DNA from: a virus | Reading direction: 5' to 3' (one strand) | Virus record (IMG/VR): IMGVR_UViG_3300030102_008089 | Location: 63,434 to 127,433 of that record | DNA: 64,000 nucleotides | Part shown: positions 49,301 to 57,967 of the stretch, piece by piece | How the letters are laid out: each line of letters begins with the position of its first letter | Numbering within the stretch: position 1 is the first letter of the stretch | The notes under the pieces: generated by a model | Databases searched by the model: none | Told to the model about the DNA's origin: nothing | Seen by the model: only the letters and a program-made list of their open reading frames with translations | Made by a program: the position numbers and the translations under genes

Positions 49301-49453
49301 AGCTTAGGTAAATCACTAAATGTGCCTGGCAAATCTATCGAGGACCAAGGTTATATTTTAAGATTTGTATCTAAAGACACGGGCAGAAAATTTGATTTAA
49401 AACTAAATTTTGTTGTTCGAATAGACGGAGGGGCAATGGGAGATGATACATAA
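46316..49453 (+). CDS. Large hypothetical protein (1045 aa), possible FN3/Ig-like segments
   Basis: TYEDAQIKYGQEYSYALREY and MYYFTCVVEDIHGSISNPS resemble FN3-type strands. Confidence 0.55.
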   Translation: MDNVRTIVISKNDLDPLADWSRSKTDYGDRVGNTTPPEILNFQARNEDYQDGLRYYVQPQDATDFIEGIFNPEGDRLPGALQQFYKELYRGNFWGGNRNKFIYVATPVGPDELIYKSFSENILQNVIDTASTIISVTEDDDDFNLRRHFYDVSLDGEPLNPERYRESMARRFLNVLDDSGAGRVEIREDQGARDLSLWWTMAAEGRFNIGTGIRNNNGDVVYKRITMHDLVYGAIHRLDRRFPRPNPDYVVSLAKYLAISALTKTQTPLVPEQAVVAILDKLEHHQFFNLDLKIETPYVKNSDNFRFLNSVPPGTQVCSIAPTYRFYNERYERAASSDIVPEIALPNLYTRRFYQNANPQQVAGSQEANQNTNVENYLKSLSLSTTPNNIAQQRGQQYSDDLRSSFEGGEIKNFYETYSQLIEDEPALEDTITRKNSTSLTGIREIFDNGDPFGLTSAPMSLNVSFVKEEVPPNPSFENHCIVGTLRDPSVALLNNLFSGDVQPDNVDFAYSTEYFLDGIERQSPHMPVTLPVYLVLGDNTIFSTAPAIDEYEMTLFQTRASIPTATDLVSTKGFLIGNSIRKSRKTHREIIDGVTSQSEVLGYRLEKFNPANNQLLSNIIIGKYGSGKQTYEDAQIKYGQEYSYALREYRFVYGTPYNAFTLTYDMSIAPLLAFYGVMSTEEAKGIVGNTGFSFVNFMNASNEVVLIDIPIYDDSWNRFNIFNNLPTDGLFAGDGDILAVQAEQNMGAGGIAYPKSKVLDFPPTAPTLQFFPKAKVNNKVDVNINTQSGKVGTILDEEGNWDNVLKIITIGDNDEKINKVKEFQDRYSDGDLGPDEMRFKQKGLIQTRNIILYKTTSINTDVESYEEMYSSFNPAANSDVSVQKFTTKDDVELDGITRILSYDITENIDPNRMYYFTCVVEDIHGSISNPSMIYQVRLISDKGLIVPEIKTVYPTGSKNKNSQKNLIRYIQVEASNIQTFPVSEGSGQDLVNFRSLGKSLNVPGKSIEDQGYILRFVSKDTGRKFDLKLNFVVRIDGGAMGDDT

Positions 49454-49476
49454 AAAAACAAATTTAAATAATACGG

Positions 49477-49484
49477 ACTATTTA
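49477..49484 (+). promoter_or_regulatory. Late motif ACTATTTA upstream of 49529
   Basis: In a 75-nt intergenic gap. Confidence 0.6.
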
Positions 49485-49528
49485 TTAAGAACTTATAAAA
49501 TCAAGCGAGTTCAACAAGAGGAAACGTT

Positions 49529-50563
49529 ATGGCTTTTTTAGATAACAGTGGCGACATTATACTTGACGCTGTTCTGACGGATGAAGGACGCCGCCGACTG
49601 GCACTAGGAGACGGCAGTTTTAGAATTACAAAATTTGCTCTCGGAGATGACGAGATAGATTATTCTTTGTATGAAGTCTCACCTGCTAGCGGGTCTGGGT
49701 ATGAAGATACTAGAATTTTGCAATTACCTATTTTTGAGGCTTTCACTAATAACACGACATCACTCAAAAATCGTTTGCTAAGTTATGATGACAATAGTTT
49801 ACTATACTTGCCAGTTGTTAAGCTAAATAGTAAATTGTCTCCAACCGCAACAGATTCAACAGGCCCTGTAGGTGGATATTACGTTTCAGTAGATTCTACA
49901 ACGACAAAACAAATAGAAAGTCTAAACAGTACAGCAGCAACATCTAATGGGTATCGTTTCGCCCAAGCAGGGGCTTCAATTGACCAGTCAAGATTGATTT
50001 TTGACCAAGGCTTAGATACTGCTGATTTATCACTGGGCTATCTTGCTGGGGGCAGCAGTACTTCTCAAGAACAAGCCCTTTTTGAAACAGCTTATTTGAT
50101 TGAGGTTGACAACAGATTAATAGCACTGACAACGCCTGCGGATTTATCCGTAGCCCAGCCATCATTTATTGATGATGATAATGTAGCTACATACTATTTT
50201 GCGCTTGGAAAAGACAGTTCTTATTTTGCAAAACAAAGCGGCACAAAATTCGGTGGTGCGGCAGAGCCAGCTTTTGAAATTACTACAGATGTTAACGGAA
50301 GTAGAATACAAAATTCCCAAATAGTACCAGCCGATAATCAAGGTCGTATTGGGTCTAGATTGATTTTTGGTTTACGATCATCGCTAAACCTACAAACAAG
50401 CCAAAATTTGTTTACAAAACTAGGTGGTACTCAAACAATAACCGTTGGAAGCGAAGTTGGTGGAACTTCTTTTTCTGTAATTAACACAGTGGTTAGAATA
50501 ACTGGCTTTAACACAGGATATAGAGTAGAGGTACCCCTTAAACTACTCAAATATACCTCATAG
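49529..50563 (+). CDS. Putative baseplate/tail structural protein
   Basis: DAVLTDEGRRRLALGDGSFRITKFALGDD resembles the N-terminal half of P2 gpH-type tail-fibre anchor domains; GAGG SD. Confidence 0.55.
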   Translation: MAFLDNSGDIILDAVLTDEGRRRLALGDGSFRITKFALGDDEIDYSLYEVSPASGSGYEDTRILQLPIFEAFTNNTTSLKNRLLSYDDNSLLYLPVVKLNSKLSPTATDSTGPVGGYYVSVDSTTTKQIESLNSTAATSNGYRFAQAGASIDQSRLIFDQGLDTADLSLGYLAGGSSTSQEQALFETAYLIEVDNRLIALTTPADLSVAQPSFIDDDNVATYYFALGKDSSYFAKQSGTKFGGAAEPAFEITTDVNGSRIQNSQIVPADNQGRIGSRLIFGLRSSLNLQTSQNLFTKLGGTQTITVGSEVGGTSFSVINTVVRITGFNTGYRVEVPLKLLKYTS

Positions 50564-50573
50564 GGAATAAAAA

Positions 50574-51644
50574 ATGGCAACCAGCTTTAAAACTTTAAAT
50601 GCTAACGACGCACAGCGAACAACAATAAAACTACACGAGTCAGTTCCAATTACTGGAACTATATTGTCTGGAACATATGGCACTGTTGCTGGTGTAGAGC
50701 ACAACATTAAGAATTATTCACATGGAATGTTTCAAAGTGTTTACGACTATCCTTATTTGAGTTCATCTGCAAACCACATTATTGATTTAACAGCAGGCTG
50801 GGCGACTGATTCGCACTTGTCTTCTTCGCTCGTCATATCGATGAGAAACAAGAAAAATGATATTTATAACGAAATGTCTCAGGTCCTAGCAGGTTATGAT
50901 ACCACTGGTAGTATTAATAAGCTGGATGTAAGTGGTAACTTTGGCAGCACCGTTGATGCAGATAAGATGGAAGAGGCTTTCTTCGTTAACTTTGCTAGAC
51001 TTCTTACTAAAGATGAAATTCAAAAACAATCTAGTGGGTTCACTATGATACTTGGAGTAAGCGGATCTTACACTAATCCCTTCGGTAAAACTCTAACAGT
51101 TTTTGATAGAGATGGAACAAATTCAAAAACAAATTCGCCTGCTGGCGAGTTTAACATCCTTTATGCAACAGGATCAGGATTCCCAGGATCATCTCCAAAA
51201 CCTTGCGGACTATTATTTTACCAGGCAGGCGTTGCGGTCTTGACTGCTTCTGTTTTTGACGCTACATTTGTTGAAAGTTGCGCTATGAACCCTGGTGGCG
51301 ACACAGTTGAAAAGTTACTAGTAAGCGGTTCAATCAGCGGTTCTGCCGATGCGCTCCGACACAGGATACAAAATATTACGTTCAACAATACAACAGAACT
51401 TAATTCGACAATATATTTCTGCCGAGCTAACAATAGCGAGTTTAACTACAGCAGTAACCCAACTTACCTAAGCTCCAGTCAGATTAGAGTGAAAGATATT
51501 AGCACAGATAATCCTGTATCTTATGTCACGACTGTTGGTCTCTATAGTGAGGATAATGCTTTGTTGGCGACTGCCAAGCTAAGCGAGCCGATTAAAAAGA
51601 CACCATCAGAAGAATACACTCTTAGGGTAAGGCTAGACTACTAG
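50574..51644 (+). CDS. Putative baseplate/tail structural protein
   Basis: C-terminal YVTTVGLYSEDNALLATAKLSEPIKK...LRVRLDY resembles the C-terminal half of gpH-type anchor domains. Confidence 0.55.
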   Translation: MATSFKTLNANDAQRTTIKLHESVPITGTILSGTYGTVAGVEHNIKNYSHGMFQSVYDYPYLSSSANHIIDLTAGWATDSHLSSSLVISMRNKKNDIYNEMSQVLAGYDTTGSINKLDVSGNFGSTVDADKMEEAFFVNFARLLTKDEIQKQSSGFTMILGVSGSYTNPFGKTLTVFDRDGTNSKTNSPAGEFNILYATGSGFPGSSPKPCGLLFYQAGVAVLTASVFDATFVESCAMNPGGDTVEKLLVSGSISGSADALRHRIQNITFNNTTELNSTIYFCRANNSEFNYSSNPTYLSSSQIRVKDISTDNPVSYVTTVGLYSEDNALLATAKLSEPIKKTPSEEYTLRVRLDY

Positions 51645-51657
51645 CAAGGGGGTAAAT

Positions 51658-52851
51658 ATGCCTTACCTCTACCCTTTTGGTCCTAACGATATATTACAAA
51701 ACAGGATGGTAACTCGTCCGAAGTTTGACTTCGTGATGTATAGTGGTTCTGCTTATTTGAACAATGATGCTGATGTCTTAGGACAAAACATAACAACGGG
51801 AACAGTTAACTTATTTGAATATAATGTTGATCGTGATGGTACATCACAGCAGCTAATATATCCCTTTGTTAGTAGAAATAGCGAGTATGTGTTTAGAGCA
51901 GAAAAATTATCTAACACAGAATATCGCAATCTAGATAGATCTATTCAAATAATTACTGGCTCTTATCCGCTGACTTCTTCCATAACACGAAAGTATTTTA
52001 GCGCTACTACCTACCCATTCCCTGATGGATCAGATGCAGATAAAGACGCATACGTTGTGGCTCGAAAAGAGTTGATAGCGTTGCAGAATACATTGAATTA
52101 CTACCGCTTTTCAAGTGATAAATTTGCCTATACTGGAAGTTATGTCTCGGGCACTGTAAATATGTTACAAATTCCTTCAATAATGTTTGGAGAACAAATC
52201 AAAAAAGGATCCGTTAGTTTAAAATTTTATTATACTGGATCTTTGATGGATGAAGCAGTTGACTCCCGTCAGAATGGAGAACTGATATCTACTATGGGCG
52301 ATACTAGCGGATCTACGGTAGGGGTTGTCTTGTACAATGAAGGGTTTGTCCTACTGACTTCTTCGTTAGACATCACAATCAATCAAGACAATTATCTAGG
52401 TGCAGGAAGTCTTCAGAATGCTAAGTGGCTGTACTTTGGAGCATATAGTCCAGAGTCTACAGGTACAGCAACATATTCTTCTGCTAGTTTGTTTTCGGTT
52501 AGTTTTCAAGGCACGCAAAAAATACCAACCATGACAATGTTTGCTACTGCACAACCAGGGGAACTAAACAATTCACAAAACCCAACTTGGATATCTTCAT
52601 CTGCGTCTGACTGGAGAGATCGAACATCGGTGGCGGAAACTGGCTATATTGAACCAAAAGACACAGCAATTAAAAATACAATACACAGCCAGTATTGTAA
52701 TTACGAAGATGAATTCCAGAAGCAAACATTTATTACCGAAATTGGAATTTTTGATAAAGACAAAAACCTTATCGGTGTGGCCAAGCTAGCGAACCCTGTA
52801 GAGAAAAAAGAAGTAGACAACTATACATTTAAAATAAAACTAGATATGTGA
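51658..52851 (+). CDS. Putative baseplate/tail structural protein (C-terminal paralog of 50574)
   Basis: C-terminal FITEIGIFDKDKNLIGVAKLANPVEKK...FKIKLDM; GGGGG SD. Confidence 0.55.
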   Translation: MPYLYPFGPNDILQNRMVTRPKFDFVMYSGSAYLNNDADVLGQNITTGTVNLFEYNVDRDGTSQQLIYPFVSRNSEYVFRAEKLSNTEYRNLDRSIQIITGSYPLTSSITRKYFSATTYPFPDGSDADKDAYVVARKELIALQNTLNYYRFSSDKFAYTGSYVSGTVNMLQIPSIMFGEQIKKGSVSLKFYYTGSLMDEAVDSRQNGELISTMGDTSGSTVGVVLYNEGFVLLTSSLDITINQDNYLGAGSLQNAKWLYFGAYSPESTGTATYSSASLFSVSFQGTQKIPTMTMFATAQPGELNNSQNPTWISSSASDWRDRTSVAETGYIEPKDTAIKNTIHSQYCNYEDEFQKQTFITEIGIFDKDKNLIGVAKLANPVEKKEVDNYTFKIKLDM

Positions 52852-52863
52852 TATGCTTAGGGC

Positions 52864-53439
52864 ATGATACTAGGCTTAGATATTTCAACAACAATCGTTG
52901 GCGCTGCTCTCTTAGACAATGATGGAAACCTGATACTTAGCGAACACTGGGACATCTCTAAGGCAGAGTCCTTGTTTGAGAAGGGGGAGATTGTTGGAGC
53001 AGAATTATACTCCATCAGATCAAAATACGATATAGAAGAGGTGTTCGTTGAGACAGCTTTGAAGAAATTTTTACCAGGCAAGTCTCGGGCGGACACCATA
53101 ATAAAATTAGCAAAGTTTAACGGCATTGTGTCGTGGTTATGTTTTGAGTGTTATGAGAAACAGCCAACTTATATTAATGTTAATACAGCCAGAAGCCTTT
53201 ACGGCTTGTCTTTCCCTCGTGGCACAAAAGGACCCCAGCGAAAGAAGATGGTAATAGAGGCCGTGAAAGAGAAAGAAAAAACATCCTTTAGAATAGAAAT
53301 GGCACGGGGCGGAAAGAATTATAAAAAAGGAACCGATGACCGAGCCGACGCTGTTGTTATTGTTAGAGCGGGCGAGTTTTTGCTTAGAAACAAAAACAAT
53401 GAAGGATATTTGACAGAGAAAATAGCATTATTAAATTGA
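52864..53439 (+). CDS. ruvC: RuvC-like Holliday junction resolvase
   Basis: MILGLDISTT (catalytic D), VFVE (E), DDRADAVVI (D..D). Confidence 0.85.
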   Translation: MILGLDISTTIVGAALLDNDGNLILSEHWDISKAESLFEKGEIVGAELYSIRSKYDIEEVFVETALKKFLPGKSRADTIIKLAKFNGIVSWLCFECYEKQPTYINVNTARSLYGLSFPRGTKGPQRKKMVIEAVKEKEKTSFRIEMARGGKNYKKGTDDRADAVVIVRAGEFLLRNKNNEGYLTEKIALLN

Positions 53440-53457
53440 CAAACTATTTACTTTATG
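53440..53457 (+). promoter_or_regulatory. CAAACTATTTACTTTATG (late motif plus start codon), copy 1
   Basis: 18-nt exact match to 59717-59734. Confidence 0.7.
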
Positions 53458-54069
53458 CTTTTAACTCAAGACATAATCCGCAGACTAATCAAGGAACAGA
53501 TACAAGACTCTTTGAATCTTAAAGAAGAGGTTTCCCTTAGTGGGAAGGATTTAGAAGAAAAGATAAATAGCATCGTCAGTTCTTTGGGTAATATCAGACA
53601 ATCTCAGCAGGTTCAAATTCTTCAGAAGGTAGAAGCCAAGATTAAAGAAGCCCCCGCTAATCGTAAAGACATAGACGAAGCGTGCGGTGACATGCAATCA
53701 ATTGATATGGGTGTTGATCATCACGATGATGACCACGAGGGCAGTATGGCAAAGCGGCAAATGTTTAAGACGGCAGAGTATGCTGCCGAAATTTTTGACA
53801 ACATCCACGATGATGATGAGTTCCCAGCGTGGATCCAAAGCAAAATGACGAAGATAGCAGATTACATTGGTGTGGTCAAGCACTACCTTGAGTATGACCA
53901 CGTTATGGGCGAAGCGAAACTTACTAAGAAACAAATTAAAGGTCGTGATGATGATGCTAAAGAAATAATGAAAAGCACCATTAAGCAATATGGAAAAGAG
54001 GAAGGCACAGACGCTGCCTACGCTATTGCTACTAATATACAGAAAGAAAAAGCAAAAAAGAAAAAGTGA
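53455..54069 (+). CDS. Leader-bearing modular protein (leader MLLTQDIIRRLIKE)
   Basis: Leader variant; internal module DHEGSMAKRQM...PAWIQSKMTKIADYIGVVKHYLEY; basic C-terminal module. Confidence 0.75.
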   Translation: MLLTQDIIRRLIKEQIQDSLNLKEEVSLSGKDLEEKINSIVSSLGNIRQSQQVQILQKVEAKIKEAPANRKDIDEACGDMQSIDMGVDHHDDDHEGSMAKRQMFKTAEYAAEIFDNIHDDDEFPAWIQSKMTKIADYIGVVKHYLEYDHVMGEAKLTKKQIKGRDDDAKEIMKSTIKQYGKEEGTDAAYAIATNIQKEKAKKKK

Positions 54070-54656
54070 AAATCACAGTTGAAAAAATCAGGGAACTGAT
54101 TAAAGAAGAAACACAGAGAGTTCTTAACGAACAAGGTGTTTATACAACAACTGGAAAGAGTTTTACTCGCCCGAACTACAGTGCTTCCAAAGAATTTAAG
54201 ATAAAGTATCCAAACGTTGCTTATGATATACCAAACGTTGGGATAGAAAAGCTTAAAAAAGCATATTTAAGCCATTATGTCAATATGGGTGTTCTGGAAA
54301 AAATGTTAGCGATGGCCAAAAAAACAGAGAAACCAGAGGTAATTAAAAGATATCAAGATCTTTATGATGAGGCAGAGATGCACCTTAAAGAATTGCAGGC
54401 TCACCCTCGTTGGGATGACTTAAAAAAGTATTTTGAAGAAAATCCTAAGGAAATGCAAGCCGAAGAAAGCCTAAGAAAGACTTATTACAACCAGACGGGA
54501 TCGTACAGCCTGTGGAAAAAAATGAGCAAGCCTGGAGGATACTACAAGGGGATGTATACAGATATTATTGATATGTCCAAAGTAAGGTCAGCAGGGAATG
54601 CCATTGATGCCGCTGTGCGGAAGTCCAGGCGTGAAGATGGCAAATATTTTAGTTGA
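54066..54656 (+). CDS. Leader-bearing hypothetical protein (MKITVEKIRELIKEE)
   Basis: GTG start overlapping the upstream stop; shared leader. Confidence 0.75.
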   Translation: MKITVEKIRELIKEETQRVLNEQGVYTTTGKSFTRPNYSASKEFKIKYPNVAYDIPNVGIEKLKKAYLSHYVNMGVLEKMLAMAKKTEKPEVIKRYQDLYDEAEMHLKELQAHPRWDDLKKYFEENPKEMQAEESLRKTYYNQTGSYSLWKKMSKPGGYYKGMYTDIIDMSKVRSAGNAIDAAVRKSRREDGKYFS

Positions 54657-54669
54657 TATAAAAAATTAC

Positions 54670-54700
54670 TTGACCCACTAAAAACCTATGGTATTATAAT
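54670..54700 (+). promoter_or_regulatory. Sigma70-type promoter
   Basis: TTGACC (54670-54675), 16 nt, then TG-N-TATTAT extended -10 (54689-54697), overlapping TATAAT (54695-54700); intergenic. Confidence 0.7.
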
Positions 54701-54719
54701 GTTGAAGGGAGGTGCTCCT

Positions 54720-55361
54720 GTGAAGTACCAAGTCTTTAGCGATATGGATGGTGTCCTTGTCAACTTTGAGGGCGGCGTTCTAGAATATATGAACGAGAAG
54801 TTCCAAGAGATTGCAAACAATCAGGAAAAGTACAAAGCCCTGCGTGGCTCTGGTAGCCCTGATTACAAGCTCTACAAGCTTGCCCGAGCCGCAGCCAGAG
54901 AACTTGGCGGCTGGGACGTAGAAATTAACAAGTGGCACATTGCTCGCTCCGACATGGAGGGCAGCCTTGGACGCAACAAGCGGATCCGAGACTTGATGTA
55001 TCGGATGGTTGAGAACAATGCTTCTCTCTGGGCAAACCTCGGCTGGGAGCGTGGCGGAAAAGAACTTTGGGATTACATTAAAGACATCCCAGGGTTGGAG
55101 ATTTTGTCGGCTCCAATGGCTGAAGGGTCTAAACTTGGCAAGAAAATCTGGGTCCAAAGAGAATTAGGTCTGCCGATAGAAAAAGTTAACTTGTCTGACA
55201 GTAAAGAACCCTACGGAGTTTGGAACGGAAAACAAGGACTTCTGATTGACGACCGTGACAAATATGTCAACGAGTTCCGTGAGGGTGGCGGCATCGCTAT
55301 TAAACATAATCCAGATGACGTGGATAATACGATTAGGCAACTCAAAGAACTGGGACTCTGA
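54720..55361 (+). CDS. HAD-family 5'(3')-deoxyribonucleotidase-like protein
   Basis: SDMDGVLVNF (DxDGV), ILSAP, GKKIWV, LLIDDRDKY. Start set to GTG 54720 after AGGGAGGT SD. Confidence 0.85.
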   Translation: MKYQVFSDMDGVLVNFEGGVLEYMNEKFQEIANNQEKYKALRGSGSPDYKLYKLARAAARELGGWDVEINKWHIARSDMEGSLGRNKRIRDLMYRMVENNASLWANLGWERGGKELWDYIKDIPGLEILSAPMAEGSKLGKKIWVQRELGLPIEKVNLSDSKEPYGVWNGKQGLLIDDRDKYVNEFREGGGIAIKHNPDDVDNTIRQLKELGL

Positions 55362-56309
55362 TTGTTCAACGATCCTAACTCTGTAAAGAAAAAGAAAATC
55401 CTTGATGAAATCCTTGGCAGACCATACCGCCAAGGCAAGGAATACCTTTACGACTCACGATGTTGCGGGCACCACAAAAAGAAACTGTCAGTCAACTTTG
55501 ACAAGAATGTTGCCAAGTGTTGGACATGCGACTGGCGTACCAAAAATTTACGACGCCTTGTCAGGCGATGGGGCGATATAAGTCATATCCATAGATGGAA
55601 GGATTTTGACGCCGATATTGAGCTAGGCGACCTAGGCAACCTGTTTGCCAAGGAAGAGGATATAAAACAGCGAATTGACCTTCCAAATGAGTTTCAAACA
55701 CTAACTGGTCGTTCCCACCCTGCCTCGGCAAGAGTTCCCCTAAACTATTTACGCAAACGTGCCGTTGAACAGAAAGACGTCCTTTATTGGAAGATTGGCT
55801 ACTGCGCTTCTGGGGAATACAAAAATAGAATTATTCTCCCATCATTTGACGAAGACGGCTACTGTAACTTTTTCACGTCTCGTACATATGACCCCAACGT
55901 TTGGCCTCCGTATTTGAACGGACCAGGGAACAAAGACATTATCTTCAATGAACTACTGATTGACTGGGAACGAGAGGTCACTCTGGTTGAGGGTGTCTTT
56001 GATGCGATCGTTGCTGGCGAGAATAGTATTCCGCTATTGGGATCGACCCTGCGAGAGGACAGCCGACTTTTCAGGAAGATTGTAAAAAACGATACACCAG
56101 TATTGCTGGGTCTGGATGCTGACGCCCACAAAAAAGCCATGAAACTTGTGAAGGCTTTGCTGGCGTATGACGTAGAAGTTAGACTTATGGATACGTCGGG
56201 CTACAAAGACATTGGAGAGATGCCGCAAGAAGTTTTTGACCAGCGAAAAGAAGATGCGCCTTTTATTGATTCTGATGCCTATTTAATGAGGATTGCTTTA
56301 TTGGCATGA
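55362..56309 (+). CDS. DNA primase (Zn-binding domain plus Toprim)
   Basis: CCGHHKKKLSVN...CWTC zinc domain, RIILPSFD, LVEGVFDA, LGLDADA (Toprim E and DxD). The TTG start is uncertain. Confidence 0.9.
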   Translation: MFNDPNSVKKKKILDEILGRPYRQGKEYLYDSRCCGHHKKKLSVNFDKNVAKCWTCDWRTKNLRRLVRRWGDISHIHRWKDFDADIELGDLGNLFAKEEDIKQRIDLPNEFQTLTGRSHPASARVPLNYLRKRAVEQKDVLYWKIGYCASGEYKNRIILPSFDEDGYCNFFTSRTYDPNVWPPYLNGPGNKDIIFNELLIDWEREVTLVEGVFDAIVAGENSIPLLGSTLREDSRLFRKIVKNDTPVLLGLDADAHKKAMKLVKALLAYDVEVRLMDTSGYKDIGEMPQEVFDQRKEDAPFIDSDAYLMRIALLA

Positions 56310-56318
56310 GGGCTCAGA

Positions 56319-57185
56319 ATGAAAATAACAATTTCTCAACTTCGGGGTATGGTAGAAGAAGCCTTACTTGATGAGAAGAAAAAAAAGCGAAAGAAAAAAA
56401 AGAAGAAGAAAGGCGGCAAAAAAGACGCCTGCTATCATAAGGTAAAAGCTCGTTATGATGTTTGGCCTTCTGCTTACGCTTCTGGTGCCCTCGTAAAATG
56501 CCGAAAGGTCGGCGCTGCCAATTGGGGCAACAAAAGTAAAAAAGAAGGAATCGAGCAAGATCCTCTTCGTGATATGATTCGTGAGACCATATCAGAATTG
56601 ACTGAAAAAAAAAGTAATCCTCGCATCCCAAGAAAAAAGGGACAAAAGAAAAAGTCAAAAAAGCACAGCGACCTCTACACCGATGAGGATCCAAAAGGCA
56701 CAATCCACGGACTGAAGTTTGCCACCGAAGCAGACGCAAAGAAAAGTGTGTCCAAAATCCGCAACTCCAGCCGCTCGCACGCTCATAAGGTTCAAGCCGC
56801 TGTTGCCATGGAGCAACGAGCAAAAGCAGCGGGTAAAGCCTCCGCTGCCGCAGTTTACAGAAAATATATTAACTCCGTAAAAAAAGATGAGAACCTTGAA
56901 GAAGAACCTATTGAGGAAAAGAAAAGAAAACTGACCAAGAAGCCCTCGTCAGAAACGAGCTTACGAGACTGGTTCAAACGCAAAGGAGCTAAAGGTAGCA
57001 AGAGTGGTTGGGTAGATTGTAATACCTGTCGCAAAGATAAAAAGACAGGCAGAAAAAAATGCAGTGCTTGTGGTCGCTCTAGCGGCGAAAAACGAGCAAA
57101 GTATCCGAAGTGCCGACCCACACCAGCGGCGTGTAGTAAGCGAGGCAACTATGGCAAAAAATCAAAGGCAGGTAAAAAAGGATGA
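56319..57185 (+). CDS. Leader-bearing, Lys-rich three-module protein
   Basis: Leader MKITISQLRGMVEE; modules DACYHKVK..WPSAYASGALVKCRK, DLYTDEDPKGTI..HKVQAA and SLRDWF..WVDC..C..C..C..YPKCRP. Confidence 0.8.
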   Translation: MKITISQLRGMVEEALLDEKKKKRKKKKKKKGGKKDACYHKVKARYDVWPSAYASGALVKCRKVGAANWGNKSKKEGIEQDPLRDMIRETISELTEKKSNPRIPRKKGQKKKSKKHSDLYTDEDPKGTIHGLKFATEADAKKSVSKIRNSSRSHAHKVQAAVAMEQRAKAAGKASAAAVYRKYINSVKKDENLEEEPIEEKKRKLTKKPSSETSLRDWFKRKGAKGSKSGWVDCNTCRKDKKTGRKKCSACGRSSGEKRAKYPKCRPTPAACSKRGNYGKKSKAGKKG

Positions 57186-57967
57186 AAAAATTACTAACAG
57201 AATGGCGAAAGTTTCTAAAGGAAGTTGATTATGAGGCAAGCGAACTCGCAATACAGATTCGACAAGAGAACCAAAAGTTGCGAGATAGAATTGAAGCCGC
57301 AATGAAAAGAGAAGGTGTTGACTGGATTTTAGAAGATATACCAGAGTGGTCTTTGATTGCTACCCCTACTTCAGAAGATGGGAGACAGCAGATGATTGAC
57401 GATATGGATGAAATTCTAGCAACCTACGGAAGTCCATCTGTCAAAGAACTTCTTATGACAAATGAGAGTGTAGAAAAAGAGATCTCAAAAACGCTGTCCG
57501 ACGAGGGCGGCGCTTCTGGCTTAGATCCATTACACAAGGCTGCTAAAAAGGTAGAAAAAAACATTTCCAAAAAAGAAGTAGAAGACATTATCAAGAAAAT
57601 GGATAATGTTACTAAACATCGTGATGGTGATTATATCAAAGAAGAGTATTACCACATCAGTGATGCTACCTATGATGATGGCACACTTGTTGAAGATGTA
57701 GAATTCTGGGACGACGTAGTTGTTGAAGCAGAATACCGTGGACGCAAAGTCAAGCTTAACAAGCCAACTCGTGGAGATGTAAAAAAATTTAAGGTCTATG
57801 TCAAAGACCCAAAAACTGGAAACGTCAAGAAGGTAAACTTTGGCGACAAGAATATGAGAATTAAAAAGTCCAACCCAAAGCGTCGCAAGTCTTTCAGGGC
57901 TCGACATAACTGTGATAACCCAGGACCAAAAACAAAGGCTCGCTATTGGTCTTGTAGGAAGTGGTAA
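57182..57967 (+). CDS. Leader-bearing protein with basic C-terminal domain
   Basis: Leader MKKLLTEWRKFLKE; acidic middle; C-terminal KKFKVYV..VNFGD..RRKSFRARHNC..ARYWSCRKW. Confidence 0.8.
   Translation: MKKLLTEWRKFLKEVDYEASELAIQIRQENQKLRDRIEAAMKREGVDWILEDIPEWSLIATPTSEDGRQQMIDDMDEILATYGSPSVKELLMTNESVEKEISKTLSDEGGASGLDPLHKAAKKVEKNISKKEVEDIIKKMDNVTKHRDGDYIKEEYYHISDATYDDGTLVEDVEFWDDVVVEAEYRGRKVKLNKPTRGDVKKFKVYVKDPKTGNVKKVNFGDKNMRIKKSNPKRRKSFRARHNCDNPGPKTKARYWSCRKW

Noticed and set aside
53437-53465. TTGACA at 53437 as a sigma70 -35 element
   Set aside because: A -10 at 17-nt spacing would fall inside the 53455 coding sequence; the ACTATTTA-N4-ATG motif explains the site better.
56370-56412. 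Purine run (A/G) as a microsatellite or slippage site
   Set aside because: It encodes the in-frame poly-Lys tract, and the frame continues into conserved-looking modules.
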